A DNA stretch of 64,000 nt, from assembly GCA_039801725.1 (NCBI GenBank), contig JBDRVE010000002.1, positions 336-64,335 on the forward strand. The letters run 5' to 3'. Below are positions 49,328-58,444 of the stretch, one piece after another. The number at the start of each line of letters is the position of its first letter. Position 1 is the stretch's first letter. The stretch comes from a candidate division WOR-3 bacterium (GTDB lineage Bacteria; Hydrothermota; Tepidihabitantia; Tepidihabitantales; DTDR01). The notes beneath the pieces are model-generated. The model was given only the letters and a program-made list of their open reading frames with translations. It was not told the DNA's origin and searched no databases. A program made the translations under genes and the position numbers.

Positions 49328-50311
49328 TTAAGATATTTTTAATTTGATTGCCTTTTTGGGGCATTGGTAATAGCATTCTAAACATCTAATACAGTCGGTT
49401 TGGTTAGCATTTTCATAGACATTTATATCGGTGGGGCAGACTTTTATACAGATATTACATTTACCACATTTTTCTTTATCAACTTCTAAATGGAAGAGGC
49501 TTATCTTATTAAAGAGAGAATAAATCGCACCAATAGGACATATTACTTTGCAAAATATTCTTTTTATAAAGATTGCCAGGATAAAGATAATTATTAATAT
49601 CAAAATCTTTAGATAGAAAAATAACCCAACCATTGTTTTTAAACTATTCTCTGGGTCGTATAATACTAAAGGGATTCCTGCTTCTAATGTTCCTTGGGGA
49701 CAAAGTTTACAAAACCAAGGTTCATTGGTAAAAAAGACAATAAAGGTTGCCAAAAATATGAGAAAGATATATTTGAGAAAAGTCAAATCAATTTCTTTTA
49801 TACGGATTTTTAAGATTATATCTAAGAGAAGACCGATAATTGTTGAAGTTAAAATTATAACAATTTTAATGATTAAAGAAAGATAGTTAAATTTAAGCCA
49901 GATTAAAAAATAAGAAGAGAGAAATAGTATAATGGTAAATAAAGGGGTAATTTTAGGAAGAGAGATTTTTTTCTTACTTATTTTAAAAAGTAGGTCTTGG
50001 AAAAGACCAAAAGGACATAGCCAACCACAAGCCATTCTGCCAACAAAGGCACCAATAATAAAGAACAAACCCAAGGTATAAAAAGGAAAATCTTTAATTA
50101 TTATAGAATGTTGATAGGCACCCAATGGACAAGAAAACCAAGTGGTTGGAGTTGACCAGCAGTTTAATATCGGCACCAAAAAACTTTTTAAATATCCGGT
50201 ATAAATTAATGTCTTTTCAAAAAATACTAAAATATAACTGTTGATTAATATTGTAAAAATTATTTGGGAGATTCTAAAAGGTCTCATCCTAAACCCATAC
50301 AAGAAAGGCAA
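49328..50311 (-). CDS. membrane polyferredoxin (NapH/MauN/CcoG-like 4Fe-4S protein)
   Basis: TM helices, CGWLCPFGLFQD, C-terminal CGKCNICIKVCP and CIRCLECYYQCP. Confidence 0.65.
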   Translation of the reverse strand: MPFLYGFRMRPFRISQIIFTILINSYILVFFEKTLIYTGYLKSFLVPILNCWSTPTTWFSCPLGAYQHSIIIKDFPFYTLGLFFIIGAFVGRMACGWLCPFGLFQDLLFKISKKKISLPKITPLFTIILFLSSYFLIWLKFNYLSLIIKIVIILTSTIIGLLLDIILKIRIKEIDLTFLKYIFLIFLATFIVFFTNEPWFCKLCPQGTLEAGIPLVLYDPENSLKTMVGLFFYLKILILIIIFILAIFIKRIFCKVICPIGAIYSLFNKISLFHLEVDKEKCGKCNICIKVCPTDINVYENANQTDCIRCLECYYQCPKKAIKLKIS

Positions 50312-50417
50312 AGTAAAATACCGGTGTTAAATACTTCTTTAATCTGTTCTAATCTTACTGCCATAATTAAAAAGATAATTCCAATAATTAAAGGAATTAG
50401 AAAGAGATATCTTCTCA

Positions 50418-51878
50418 TTATATTCTCACTTGTAAGGAAGTTTTTATTCCGCTGAAAGGTGCCTCATAACGACAGACACCACCAGAGCAAACAAGTCCGC
50501 CCCTTTCTTGGCCAATTCTTATCCGCCAAGTTATGTTTTGGGTAATAAAGAAGGTTCCTTCTAATAATAGCCATTTGTCTTCATAGTCATATTTGGGAAC
50601 CTTTTTTGTTGTTCTTTGGTAACTAATATTAAATATGAAATAGGGATTATATTCATATTCTAAATTTATTCCCCAATCCTTGTATTTTAAAGTATCATCA
50701 GAAGAAAAATTCAAAGGTATTTCTAAACCAAAGGTATGATTATTGAAAGATAATTTAGCCTCATTAGTAAATTTTAATTCTTCGGTTATATCTACTTTTG
50801 CTTCAATTCCTTTTTTCTTATGGTATTCAAAGGTGAAGGTATTATTAAAATCTTCATTCTTTTTTAGATTAATTTTATTAATAAATTCTTTTAGATATTT
50901 ATCTTTTTTATTAGTTTGTAAATAGCCATAACTACCCTCATAATTTAGAAAATCAAAAGGTGTGAAATTTAGTGAGATGCCAAATCCTTTTTCGTCTCTT
51001 CCACGGTTGATTGATATTCCTTCTTTACTTGGTGTGGGCACATCGTTATAACGATATCCTTCACCACCAAAATCAATACTATCATATTTCATTCCTTCTA
51101 AACTGAGCCCAAAACCAGTAAAAGTGAAAGAGGTTACTAAATAATGGCCATATCCTTTTTTTCTACCACCAATTACTTCACGGGTAGAAAGTTTTTCAGC
51201 AAATTCATAATAAAAGTCAAAAAAATTAGAAGTAAAAGAGATACTTGGACCAAATATTTCAGTAAAGGCACGAGGAGTTATATCCTTTTCTTTATTTAAC
51301 CGTACATATCTTCCACCAATTTCTAAAAAAGAGAAAGGATAGATTATAATTTCTCCACCTCTTAATTGGTCAGTGGTGTCATTTTCATATTGGTATCTAT
51401 TCTCTTGGAAGATGATATTCTTCATTTTTCCGGCAAAGAGGGTGATATCAGATTTTAAAATATGAGATATTGCCCGACCACCGAATAGCACCTTATCATA
51501 ACGAAAATCCTCATTAAGATAAGAACGGAAAGTAAGACTACGACCAAAGACTTGGTAAAAATTTCCAAGCAAAAATTCAATCTTCGGATGGGAATATTCA
51601 AAATTGTAATAATATTCTTTTAAACTCTTTTTAGGTAAACTTGGTTGATAAAGGAAAATACCTGCTCGTAAGTAAATATTTTCATAGTTAATTAAAAACC
51701 GCGACTTGCCCTCAAAATGGTCAGAGAGTTTGAATTCAGGTTCTTTTTTTGTCCAAAACCAATATTCGCCTTTAATTTCACCGGAAATGTTTAACTTCTT
51801 TTCAACCGGCATTTCTTCCTGGGAATAGAGATAAAAGAAAAGAAAGAAAAATAAGAAAAATTTACTTTTTCTCTTCAT
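50418..51878 (-). CDS. hypothetical secreted / outer-membrane protein (486 aa)
   Basis: Signal peptide. Alternating aromatic/polar pattern suggests a beta-barrel. Confidence 0.4.
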   Translation of the reverse strand: MKRKSKFFLFFFLFFYLYSQEEMPVEKKLNISGEIKGEYWFWTKKEPEFKLSDHFEGKSRFLINYENIYLRAGIFLYQPSLPKKSLKEYYYNFEYSHPKIEFLLGNFYQVFGRSLTFRSYLNEDFRYDKVLFGGRAISHILKSDITLFAGKMKNIIFQENRYQYENDTTDQLRGGEIIIYPFSFLEIGGRYVRLNKEKDITPRAFTEIFGPSISFTSNFFDFYYEFAEKLSTREVIGGRKKGYGHYLVTSFTFTGFGLSLEGMKYDSIDFGGEGYRYNDVPTPSKEGISINRGRDEKGFGISLNFTPFDFLNYEGSYGYLQTNKKDKYLKEFINKINLKKNEDFNNTFTFEYHKKKGIEAKVDITEELKFTNEAKLSFNNHTFGLEIPLNFSSDDTLKYKDWGINLEYEYNPYFIFNISYQRTTKKVPKYDYEDKWLLLEGTFFITQNITWRIRIGQERGGLVCSGGVCRYEAPFSGIKTSLQVRI

Positions 51879-52383
51879 TTATTATTTCTTCGATAACTCT
51901 TATAAATTTCTTTTCATCGCCCTTTTTATAACCCCGAGAAACTAACCGAATATTTCCCTTTTTATCAAGAATAAAACTTGTTGGCATCGTTGAACCGACA
52001 CCAAAAAGTTCTCTCACTTTTCCATCAGGGTCTAATAAGATTTCGTATTTCCATTTCTTTCCTTTCACAAAGGACTTTACATTATTTATTGCCCTTGGTC
52101 CATCTTCAGAAATAGCCAATACTTTAAGTCCTAATGTTTCATATTGGTCATAAATCTTTTTAAAGGCATCCAGTTCTTGAATACAAAGTTTACACCACAG
52201 TGCCCAGAAACTAATAAAAATTGGTCCTTTCCCCAAAAGAGAGTCAAGATAGATTTTTTCTTTATTGATGTTATAAAGAGAAAAACTTGGCGCTTTCTTA
52301 TAAGATTTTAAGGTATCAGTTTTTTCTTGGGGATATATGAGGAAAAATAAAATTAAGATAAAAATTAAATTCCTTAATTTCAT
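51862..52383 (-). CDS. periplasmic TlpA/ResA-like thiol-disulfide oxidoreductase
   Basis: Signal peptide. FISFWALWCKLC (WCxxC). Thioredoxin fold. Confidence 0.75.
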   Translation of the reverse strand: MKLRNLIFILILFFLIYPQEKTDTLKSYKKAPSFSLYNINKEKIYLDSLLGKGPIFISFWALWCKLCIQELDAFKKIYDQYETLGLKVLAISEDGPRAINNVKSFVKGKKWKYEILLDPDGKVRELFGVGSTMPTSFILDKKGNIRLVSRGYKKGDEKKFIRVIEEIINEEKK

Positions 52384-53108
52384 CTTTCACCTCCCAATTT
52401 TAGACTTTTACTTTGAATGATTTCTAAGTTATTAACATTTTGGATAAGGGCAACCACATTTAGATTTCTTTGATTTAAAGAAATATTAAAAGTAGTATCA
52501 AAGGTATCAAAAATTGTGGCATTAAAATTGATACCTTCTAAAGGAAAAAGATTTTCTCTTAAAACCCAATTGTTTTCAAAAAAAGGAGCTATTTCCGAAA
52601 ATAAACTATCTTCGGTAAGAAAGACAAATAACCGATATTCTTGGGGAGTTGGATTTTCGCTATTAGAAATAATTTTAAGATTTATGGTGCTATTATTTAA
52701 TGGATTTAAAAGAATTTGATAATAAGTACTTTCTGAAAGGGCATTTAAAATATAGTAATTATAGACTGAGTCAATATTTGTTATTTCTTCTAAGAAGACT
52801 TTATATCTTCCATTAAAAACGGCGGTTGGTATTCGGTTTATTTGGTATAAATCATAACGGTTTTCACATATTTCGTTTTGGAATTCGTCGCCTAAATGAT
52901 ACGCAATTATTGATAAACTATCTTGATATTCTTCTTTTAAATTTAATAAAGACTGCTCCGCAGCCATACAGAAAGGTCAACCTGCTTGAGTAAAGATTTC
53001 AACCAAAACTTTCTTATTTCCTTTTTTAAATTCAATTTTTGGTGCTTCGGAACAAGAAATTAAAAAAACAAAGTTTAACGTACTGAGTAAGAAAAATAGT
53101 CTATTCAT
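52380..53108 (-). CDS. thioredoxin-fold lipoprotein with in-frame UGA at the active site (candidate selenoprotein, UxxC)
   Basis: ATG 53108. Lipobox FLISC. VLVEIFTQAG-TGA(52979..52977)-PFC, then the same frame continues into the 195-aa ORF; RIPTAVFNG cis-Pro-like motif about 50 aa later. TGA is otherwise a stop in this genome. Confidence 0.5.
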
Positions 53109-53140
53109 AAAAGTTATTATAATTAAGAATAATTTTTAAA

Positions 53141-54304
53141 TCAAGAAGTTTTATATAAAGGTGAAATTTCTCTCAGTTTTTTTACGATGGATGGAAATAC
53201 TTCTAAAAGATAGTTAATATCTTCTTCTTTATTATCAATTCCCAAGGTGAAAAGAATGGAACCTTGGGCTAAAATGGGTGGTATGCCCATTGCCAAAAGA
53301 ACATGAGATGCTTTTAACTGTTTAGAAGAACAAGCCGAACCAGAGGCACAAGCAATGCCATATTGGTTTAAATATAAAACCATTGCCTCACCTTCTATAT
53401 ATTCTACACAGAAACTAACGTGGTTAGGTAAACGATTCTCCGGATGTCCAGTTAAGTAAACATTTTCAACCATTCTTGGCAATTCTTGTATCAACTTATT
53501 TCTTAATCTTTTTAACCTTTCGTTTCTTTCTTCCATTTCTTTTATGGCAATTTCGTAGGCCTTTGCCATACCAATAATACCAATTAAATTCTCTGTTCCT
53601 GCTCGTCGATTATTTTCTTGAATACCGCCTTCAATCAATGGTTGGATTTTTGTCCCCTTTTTGATATATAATAAAGCAACACCTTTTGGACCATAAAAGG
53701 TATGGGAAGAAATAGTATAAAGGTTAACGTCTAATTCCTTTAAATCAATTTTTAATTGACCAGCCGCTGCCACACCGTCAGAGTGGAAAATAATATTATT
53801 CTCTTTGGCTATTTCAGCAATTTCTTTTATTGGTTCAATTGTGCCTACCTCATAATTGGCATGCATTATTGAAATCAAAATTGTTTCCTTTTTTATCTTC
53901 TTTTTTAACTCATCTAAATCAACAGTGCCGTATTTATCAACGGGCAGATAAGTTATTTCAAATCCCATTTTCTCTAACCTTTTTGCTGGTTGAATTATTG
54001 AGGAATGTTCAATTGCTGAAACGATAATATGGTTGCCTTTATCTTGATTGGCAAAGGCGACTCCCTTTATTGCCCAGTTATTACTTTCGGCACCGGAAGA
54101 GGTAAAGCAGATTTCCGAAGGTGAAACATTTAAAAGAGAGGCAATTTTTTCTCTTGCTTCTTCTAATAATTTTTTTGCTTCAAAACCAAAATAATGGGAA
54201 CTTTGCGGATTACCAAATACCTCCTTTTGTAGATTTTCCATTAAGGACAAAACTTCCGGATGGATAGGAGTGGTTGCTTGGTGGTCCAGATAGACTCTTT
54301 TCAT
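53141..54304 (-). CDS. cysteine desulfurase (NifS/IscS family; possible Sec lyase)
   Basis: VYLDHQATTP N-terminus, PLP Lys region SSHTFYGPKG, active-site Cys in SGSAC. Confidence 0.8.
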   Translation of the reverse strand: MKRVYLDHQATTPIHPEVLSLMENLQKEVFGNPQSSHYFGFEAKKLLEEAREKIASLLNVSPSEICFTSSGAESNNWAIKGVAFANQDKGNHIIVSAIEHSSIIQPAKRLEKMGFEITYLPVDKYGTVDLDELKKKIKKETILISIMHANYEVGTIEPIKEIAEIAKENNIIFHSDGVAAAGQLKIDLKELDVNLYTISSHTFYGPKGVALLYIKKGTKIQPLIEGGIQENNRRAGTENLIGIIGMAKAYEIAIKEMEERNERLKRLRNKLIQELPRMVENVYLTGHPENRLPNHVSFCVEYIEGEAMVLYLNQYGIACASGSACSSKQLKASHVLLAMGIPPILAQGSILFTLGIDNKEEDINYLLEVFPSIVKKLREISPLYKTS

Positions 54305-54792
54305 GGTCCTAAATGTTCTAAGGAAAATTTTTTATATGCTTCATAAGAAGTGAAACTGGTTAATAAATCATATTCGGTCTTTATAATTTGATAATGAGAC
54401 TTTTCCATAGAAGCAAGATAAATCAACAATCTTTTGCTATTTTCATCATTAATCAATATTGAATTTTCCCGATAGAATTTCTCTGAAACCTCTTCCGCTT
54501 CCATCGCTGCTTCTAAAAGAGATTCTAACGATAATTTTTCAACCATATCAATTGCTGGTAAGGGGGTAAAGCCTTTTTCGGGCAATCTGATTTTTTGTTT
54601 AGGAAATTGATTTTTAAATACGTTTCTTAATAGTTTTTCATGTTTTTTCTCTTCATTTTTTAGAAAGTTTAATTTCTTTTCTAAGACTTTATTTTCTACT
54701 ATTTTTTGTAATTTATTATAAAATTGATAAGCCTCAATTTCTGATTTTATCGCCTTTTGTAATATTTCTAAGGGAGTTAAGGCTTCTTCCAT
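54301..54792 (-). CDS. ferritin-like / rubrerythrin-like diiron-domain protein (paralog 3 of 3)
   Basis: Two half-domains with E...ExxH-type motifs (EIEAYQFY, EEKKHEKL; EAEEVSEKFY, MEKSHYQI). Confidence 0.55.
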   Translation of the reverse strand: MEEALTPLEILQKAIKSEIEAYQFYNKLQKIVENKVLEKKLNFLKNEEKKHEKLLRNVFKNQFPKQKIRLPEKGFTPLPAIDMVEKLSLESLLEAAMEAEEVSEKFYRENSILINDENSKRLLIYLASMEKSHYQIIKTEYDLLTSFTSYEAYKKFSLEHLGP

Positions 54793-54810
54793 ATCTCCTC
54801 CTTTTTATTT

Positions 54811-55311
54811 TTAATATTCTTCCAAGGTAAATTCCCGAAAATCAAACCAAAAACCGGTTTTTGTTAAAGAATCGATTTCGGCTTGAATTAATTTATAATG
54901 ACCCTCTTCAATCTCTTTTAATCTTTGCCAGATTTTTTTAGCAATCTCGTCACTGCTCTCTTTTTCTTGTTTTTGATAGAAATCAATACTTTTGCTTTCT
55001 AATGATAAAGCCATTTGTAAGATATTTAATTCATTCAAATCCGATACCTTTTTCTCTTTGGGTAATAAGGGTTTTAAATTGATAACCGTTTTTTCAATCT
55101 CCGTTAAAGGAATTTCTACATCCTTAAATTTTTTTTCTTTTTCAAAATATTCTAATTCTCTTTCTAAGATCTCAATATGTTCAAATTCATCCATTGCTAA
55201 ACGGATAAAAAGGTTTTTCCCTTTTAGGTCTTCAATCTGGTGTCCAAAACGAAGATAGGAAGAGAGTGCTTCTTTTTCCAAATTGATTGCTAATTGAAAG
55301 ATTTCTTTCAT
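54811..55311 (-). CDS. ferritin-like / rubrerythrin-like diiron-domain protein (paralog 2 of 3)
   Basis: LEKEALSSY, DEFEHIEIL; ESKSIDFY, EEGHYKLI. Confidence 0.55.
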   Translation of the reverse strand: MKEIFQLAINLEKEALSSYLRFGHQIEDLKGKNLFIRLAMDEFEHIEILERELEYFEKEKKFKDVEIPLTEIEKTVINLKPLLPKEKKVSDLNELNILQMALSLESKSIDFYQKQEKESSDEIAKKIWQRLKEIEEGHYKLIQAEIDSLTKTGFWFDFREFTLEEY

Positions 55312-55787
55312 TTAATTTCTCCTTTTATAGTTTCTAATTTTTTAATATGTGCCTTTTCTTCATTAATTAACTTTAACACCACAGGTGTTTCTTCTTGGGC
55401 AACTAAATTTAATATTTCATAATAAAAGAGCAATGTCTCCTTTTCAAAAGCAATTGCCAAGTCAATCAGCTCTTTTTCGTTTTTGGCTCTTTCCATTAAA
55501 TTTAAAACTTTATCTTCACCAGTAAAGAAATGGGAGTCGGTGATTACTTTTAAATACAGTTTTACTTCTTCCCAATCAAAAGGTAAGGTATAAGGTGTTG
55601 TTTTTAATCGATTTTTAATTTCATTAAAAGCTTCCATATGTCTCAACTCTTCGCCTGCTAAGAAATCAAAGAGTTGTTTCAATTTCTCTGCTTTGGTCTT
55701 TTCTTTTGATTTTGAATAAAACTGATAACCACTTTTTTCAATCTGGATTGCCATTTCTAAAACCTCGTTTATTGAATAAAAGACCAT
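55308..55787 (-). CDS. ferritin-like / rubrerythrin-like diiron-domain protein (paralog 1 of 3)
   Basis: IEKSGYQFY, GEELRHMEAF; EKETLLFY, EEKAHIKKL. Confidence 0.55.
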   Translation of the reverse strand: MVFYSINEVLEMAIQIEKSGYQFYSKSKEKTKAEKLKQLFDFLAGEELRHMEAFNEIKNRLKTTPYTLPFDWEEVKLYLKVITDSHFFTGEDKVLNLMERAKNEKELIDLAIAFEKETLLFYYEILNLVAQEETPVVLKLINEEKAHIKKLETIKGEIK

Positions 55788-55798
55788 TCTTCCTCCTT

Positions 55799-57079
55799 TT
55801 AAAATATTTTCCTTTTATCTTTAAAAATCTTTGCTAATTTCTGGGCTTGAAAAAATTCATTAAGTAGCCGATTAACATCGGTGACGGTAGTGCCGCTACC
55901 CAGGGCAATTCTTCTTTTTCTGCTACCGTCAATAATCTTAGGGTTTCTTCTCTCCTCTTTGGTCATTGAGAGAATAATTGCCTCCATTTTTATGAGTTCC
56001 TTTTCATCAAAATTTATTCCTTTTAACTCGGGAATCGGAACCATTGCTAAAATTTTTTGGAGGCTTCCCATTTTTTTTATCATTTTTATTTGGTTGAGAA
56101 AATCTTCTAAGGTAAATTCGCCTTTTAAAAATTTTTTTGCTAATTTCTCTTGTTCTTCCCTGCTTATTGTACTTTCAACTTTTTCTATTAAGGTTTTTAT
56201 GTCTCCTCGTCCTAAAATGCGGCTGGCAATTCTATCAGGATGAAATTCTTGTAAATCCTCAACTTTTTCACCAACACCAATGAAGATTATTGGTGCCTTG
56301 CTTACTGCTCTGATTGAAAGGCAAGCACCACCTTTGGCATCACCATCCATTTTGGTTACAATTACTCCATCAATGCCAATTTTCTCATTGAATTCTTTTG
56401 CTTGATTTACCGCATCCTGTCCAACCATTCCATCAACTACTAAGAGATTATAATTTGGTTTTATTTTCTCTTTGAATTCTTTTAATTCTTTCATTAACTC
56501 TTCGTCAATATGAAGACGACCAGCAGTGTCAAAAATGACTAATTGGTTATTATTCTTTTTAGCAAATTCTAAGGCAATTTTTGCTGTTTCGAAAACATCT
56601 TCTTTAACGGGAATAAAATCGGCTTTCACCTTTTCGGCTAACATCTGGAGTTGTAAAGAAGCAGCGGGTCTTTTGGGATCGCAAGCAACCAACAAAGGTT
56701 TTTTGGATCGGTAATAATAAGCTAGTTTAGCAGCAGTGGTGGTTTTCCCGGTTCCTTGTAGACCAAATAGACAGATAGTATTAAAGGGGCCGCTCAGATT
56801 AAGTTTTATTGGTTTTTCACCAAGTAATTTTACCATTTCTTTGTATAACTCAACGATCACCAACTCACCAGGTTTTAAAGCGGAGGTAATTTTTTCCGAT
56901 TTTAATTTTTCTTCTAAAGACCGTAGAAATTCTCCAACAACCTTATAGTTCACATCAGCATCCAAAAGTAAAATTCTAATCTCTCTTAAAGTATCAGAGA
57001 TTTCTTTTTGGGAAAGGCGACCATAACCCAGAAGTTTTCTTTGTAATTTTACAAAACGATCAGCAATTATATCAAACAT
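55799..57079 (-). CDS. ffh: signal recognition particle protein Ffh (426 aa)
   Basis: N, G (GLQGTGKTTT, DTAGR) and Met-rich M domains. Confidence 0.85.
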   Translation of the reverse strand: MFDIIADRFVKLQRKLLGYGRLSQKEISDTLREIRILLLDADVNYKVVGEFLRSLEEKLKSEKITSALKPGELVIVELYKEMVKLLGEKPIKLNLSGPFNTICLFGLQGTGKTTTAAKLAYYYRSKKPLLVACDPKRPAASLQLQMLAEKVKADFIPVKEDVFETAKIALEFAKKNNNQLVIFDTAGRLHIDEELMKELKEFKEKIKPNYNLLVVDGMVGQDAVNQAKEFNEKIGIDGVIVTKMDGDAKGGACLSIRAVSKAPIIFIGVGEKVEDLQEFHPDRIASRILGRGDIKTLIEKVESTISREEQEKLAKKFLKGEFTLEDFLNQIKMIKKMGSLQKILAMVPIPELKGINFDEKELIKMEAIILSMTKEERRNPKIIDGSRKRRIALGSGTTVTDVNRLLNEFFQAQKLAKIFKDKRKIF

Positions 57080-57722
57080 TTCTAATTTTTTTTATTACTA
57101 AAGAATAATCCTTTTCTTTAAAAATCGCACTACCGACAATTAATTTATCGGCGCCGGCCAAAATTAGTAATTTACTGTTTTCTGGCCCCACACCGCCATC
57201 TACCGAAATGGTTATTTTTAAATTTTCTTTGGTAATTAATTTTTTTAAATCCTCAATCTTTTTAATAACTTCGGGAATAAATTTTTGTCCTCCAAAACCA
57301 GGATAAACACTCATTATTAAGATCTCATTCAATTCATAGAGATAAGGGAAAATACTTTCAATTGGCGTTGGCGGATTTAAAGCAACTCCACATTCTAAAT
57401 TATTTTCTTTAATTTTATTGATTGTTTCTTTTAATTCTTTCCCATCTTTCATTGCTTCACAGTGAAAGATTATTCCTAAAGAACCAGGAATAAACCATTC
57501 AATCATTTTAATTGGGGAGAATACCATTAAGTGAGTGATAATTGGTTTTTGTGCCACTTTTTTTAAGGCATTAAAAATTGGTGTACCAAAACTTAAATTG
57601 GGAACAAAATGGCCATCCATCACATCCAAGTGGAAAGAATCAATTCCTGCCTCTTCTGCCTTTTTTATTTCTTCCTCTAACTTTAAAAAATTACAATTTA
57701 AAATAGAAGCCGAAATATGCAT
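57072..57722 (-). CDS. rpe: ribulose-phosphate 3-epimerase
   Basis: SILNCNF...HLDVMDGHFVPN. Confidence 0.85.
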   Translation of the reverse strand: MHISASILNCNFLKLEEEIKKAEEAGIDSFHLDVMDGHFVPNLSFGTPIFNALKKVAQKPIITHLMVFSPIKMIEWFIPGSLGIIFHCEAMKDGKELKETINKIKENNLECGVALNPPTPIESIFPYLYELNEILIMSVYPGFGGQKFIPEVIKKIEDLKKLITKENLKITISVDGGVGPENSKLLILAGADKLIVGSAIFKEKDYSLVIKKIRNV

Positions 57723-58444
57723 TATTCCTTTCCTTTAGAAATAATTATTATAATTGAATCACCGGGTTTTACAAGTGTCCCTTCCTCTGGATATTGAAAG
57801 ACAATGGTACCAATTTTTTCATTACTTTCCGTTTCTCTTATTTCTTTAATATAAAGAGAATAATTTTCTAGAATTTTTTGAACACTATTAATTTCTAAAC
57901 CATAAAGATTAGGCATTGGAAAAATTCTTGCTTCTTTTGTAGCGTAATAAATTTTTACGAGGCTACCTTTACGAACCTTGGTATTAGGTTCCGGTTCGAT
58001 TCCAATTATTTTCCCTTCTTTTTCCGGCAAATAAATTGATTCCACTGCTACTTTTAAATCATACTGGTTTAATAGTTGAATACTTTTTTCTAAATCAGTT
58101 TCGTAAATTTCCGGTATCCTAATAAATTTTGGTCCGGAAGAAACAATTATTTTTACATACCTACCGATTTTTATTTTGCTATTTGGTTCCGGTTTTTGTT
58201 TAAAAATTCTTCCTTCCGGAAAAGAACTTTCTTCGTAGATAATTTTTTCATCTAATTTTAGACCATTCTTTTTTAATGTTTCTTTTGCTTCTTGGGGAGT
58301 TAAGCCAATTAAATTAGGAACCCTAACTTCCCAAGAGGTTTTAACGAATATTGGAAGAATTAAAAACCCATAAAAAAATAGATTGAAAATAAACCCTAAA
58401 AATATTGCAAAGATAATTATTAAAATTTTAATTATTAAACGCAT
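57722..58444 (-). CDS. membrane-anchored protein with three PASTA domains (no kinase or PBP domain)
   Basis: N-terminal TM. Repeats VPNLIGLT..A...L, IPEIYETDLEKS, MPNLYGLEINSV. Confidence 0.6.
   Translation of the reverse strand: MRLIIKILIIIFAIFLGFIFNLFFYGFLILPIFVKTSWEVRVPNLIGLTPQEAKETLKKNGLKLDEKIIYEESSFPEGRIFKQKPEPNSKIKIGRYVKIIVSSGPKFIRIPEIYETDLEKSIQLLNQYDLKVAVESIYLPEKEGKIIGIEPEPNTKVRKGSLVKIYYATKEARIFPMPNLYGLEINSVQKILENYSLYIKEIRETESNEKIGTIVFQYPEEGTLVKPGDSIIIIISKGKE

Noticed and set aside
52977-52979. In-frame TGA explained by genome-wide UGA recoding (UGA = Gly/Trp as in some candidate phyla)
   Set aside because: TGA clearly terminates mgtA (3132-3134), galE (40379-40381) and murD (25623-25625) at positions consistent with homolog lengths. 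UGA is therefore a normal stop in this genome. A local event (selenocysteine or a nonsense mutation) is more likely.
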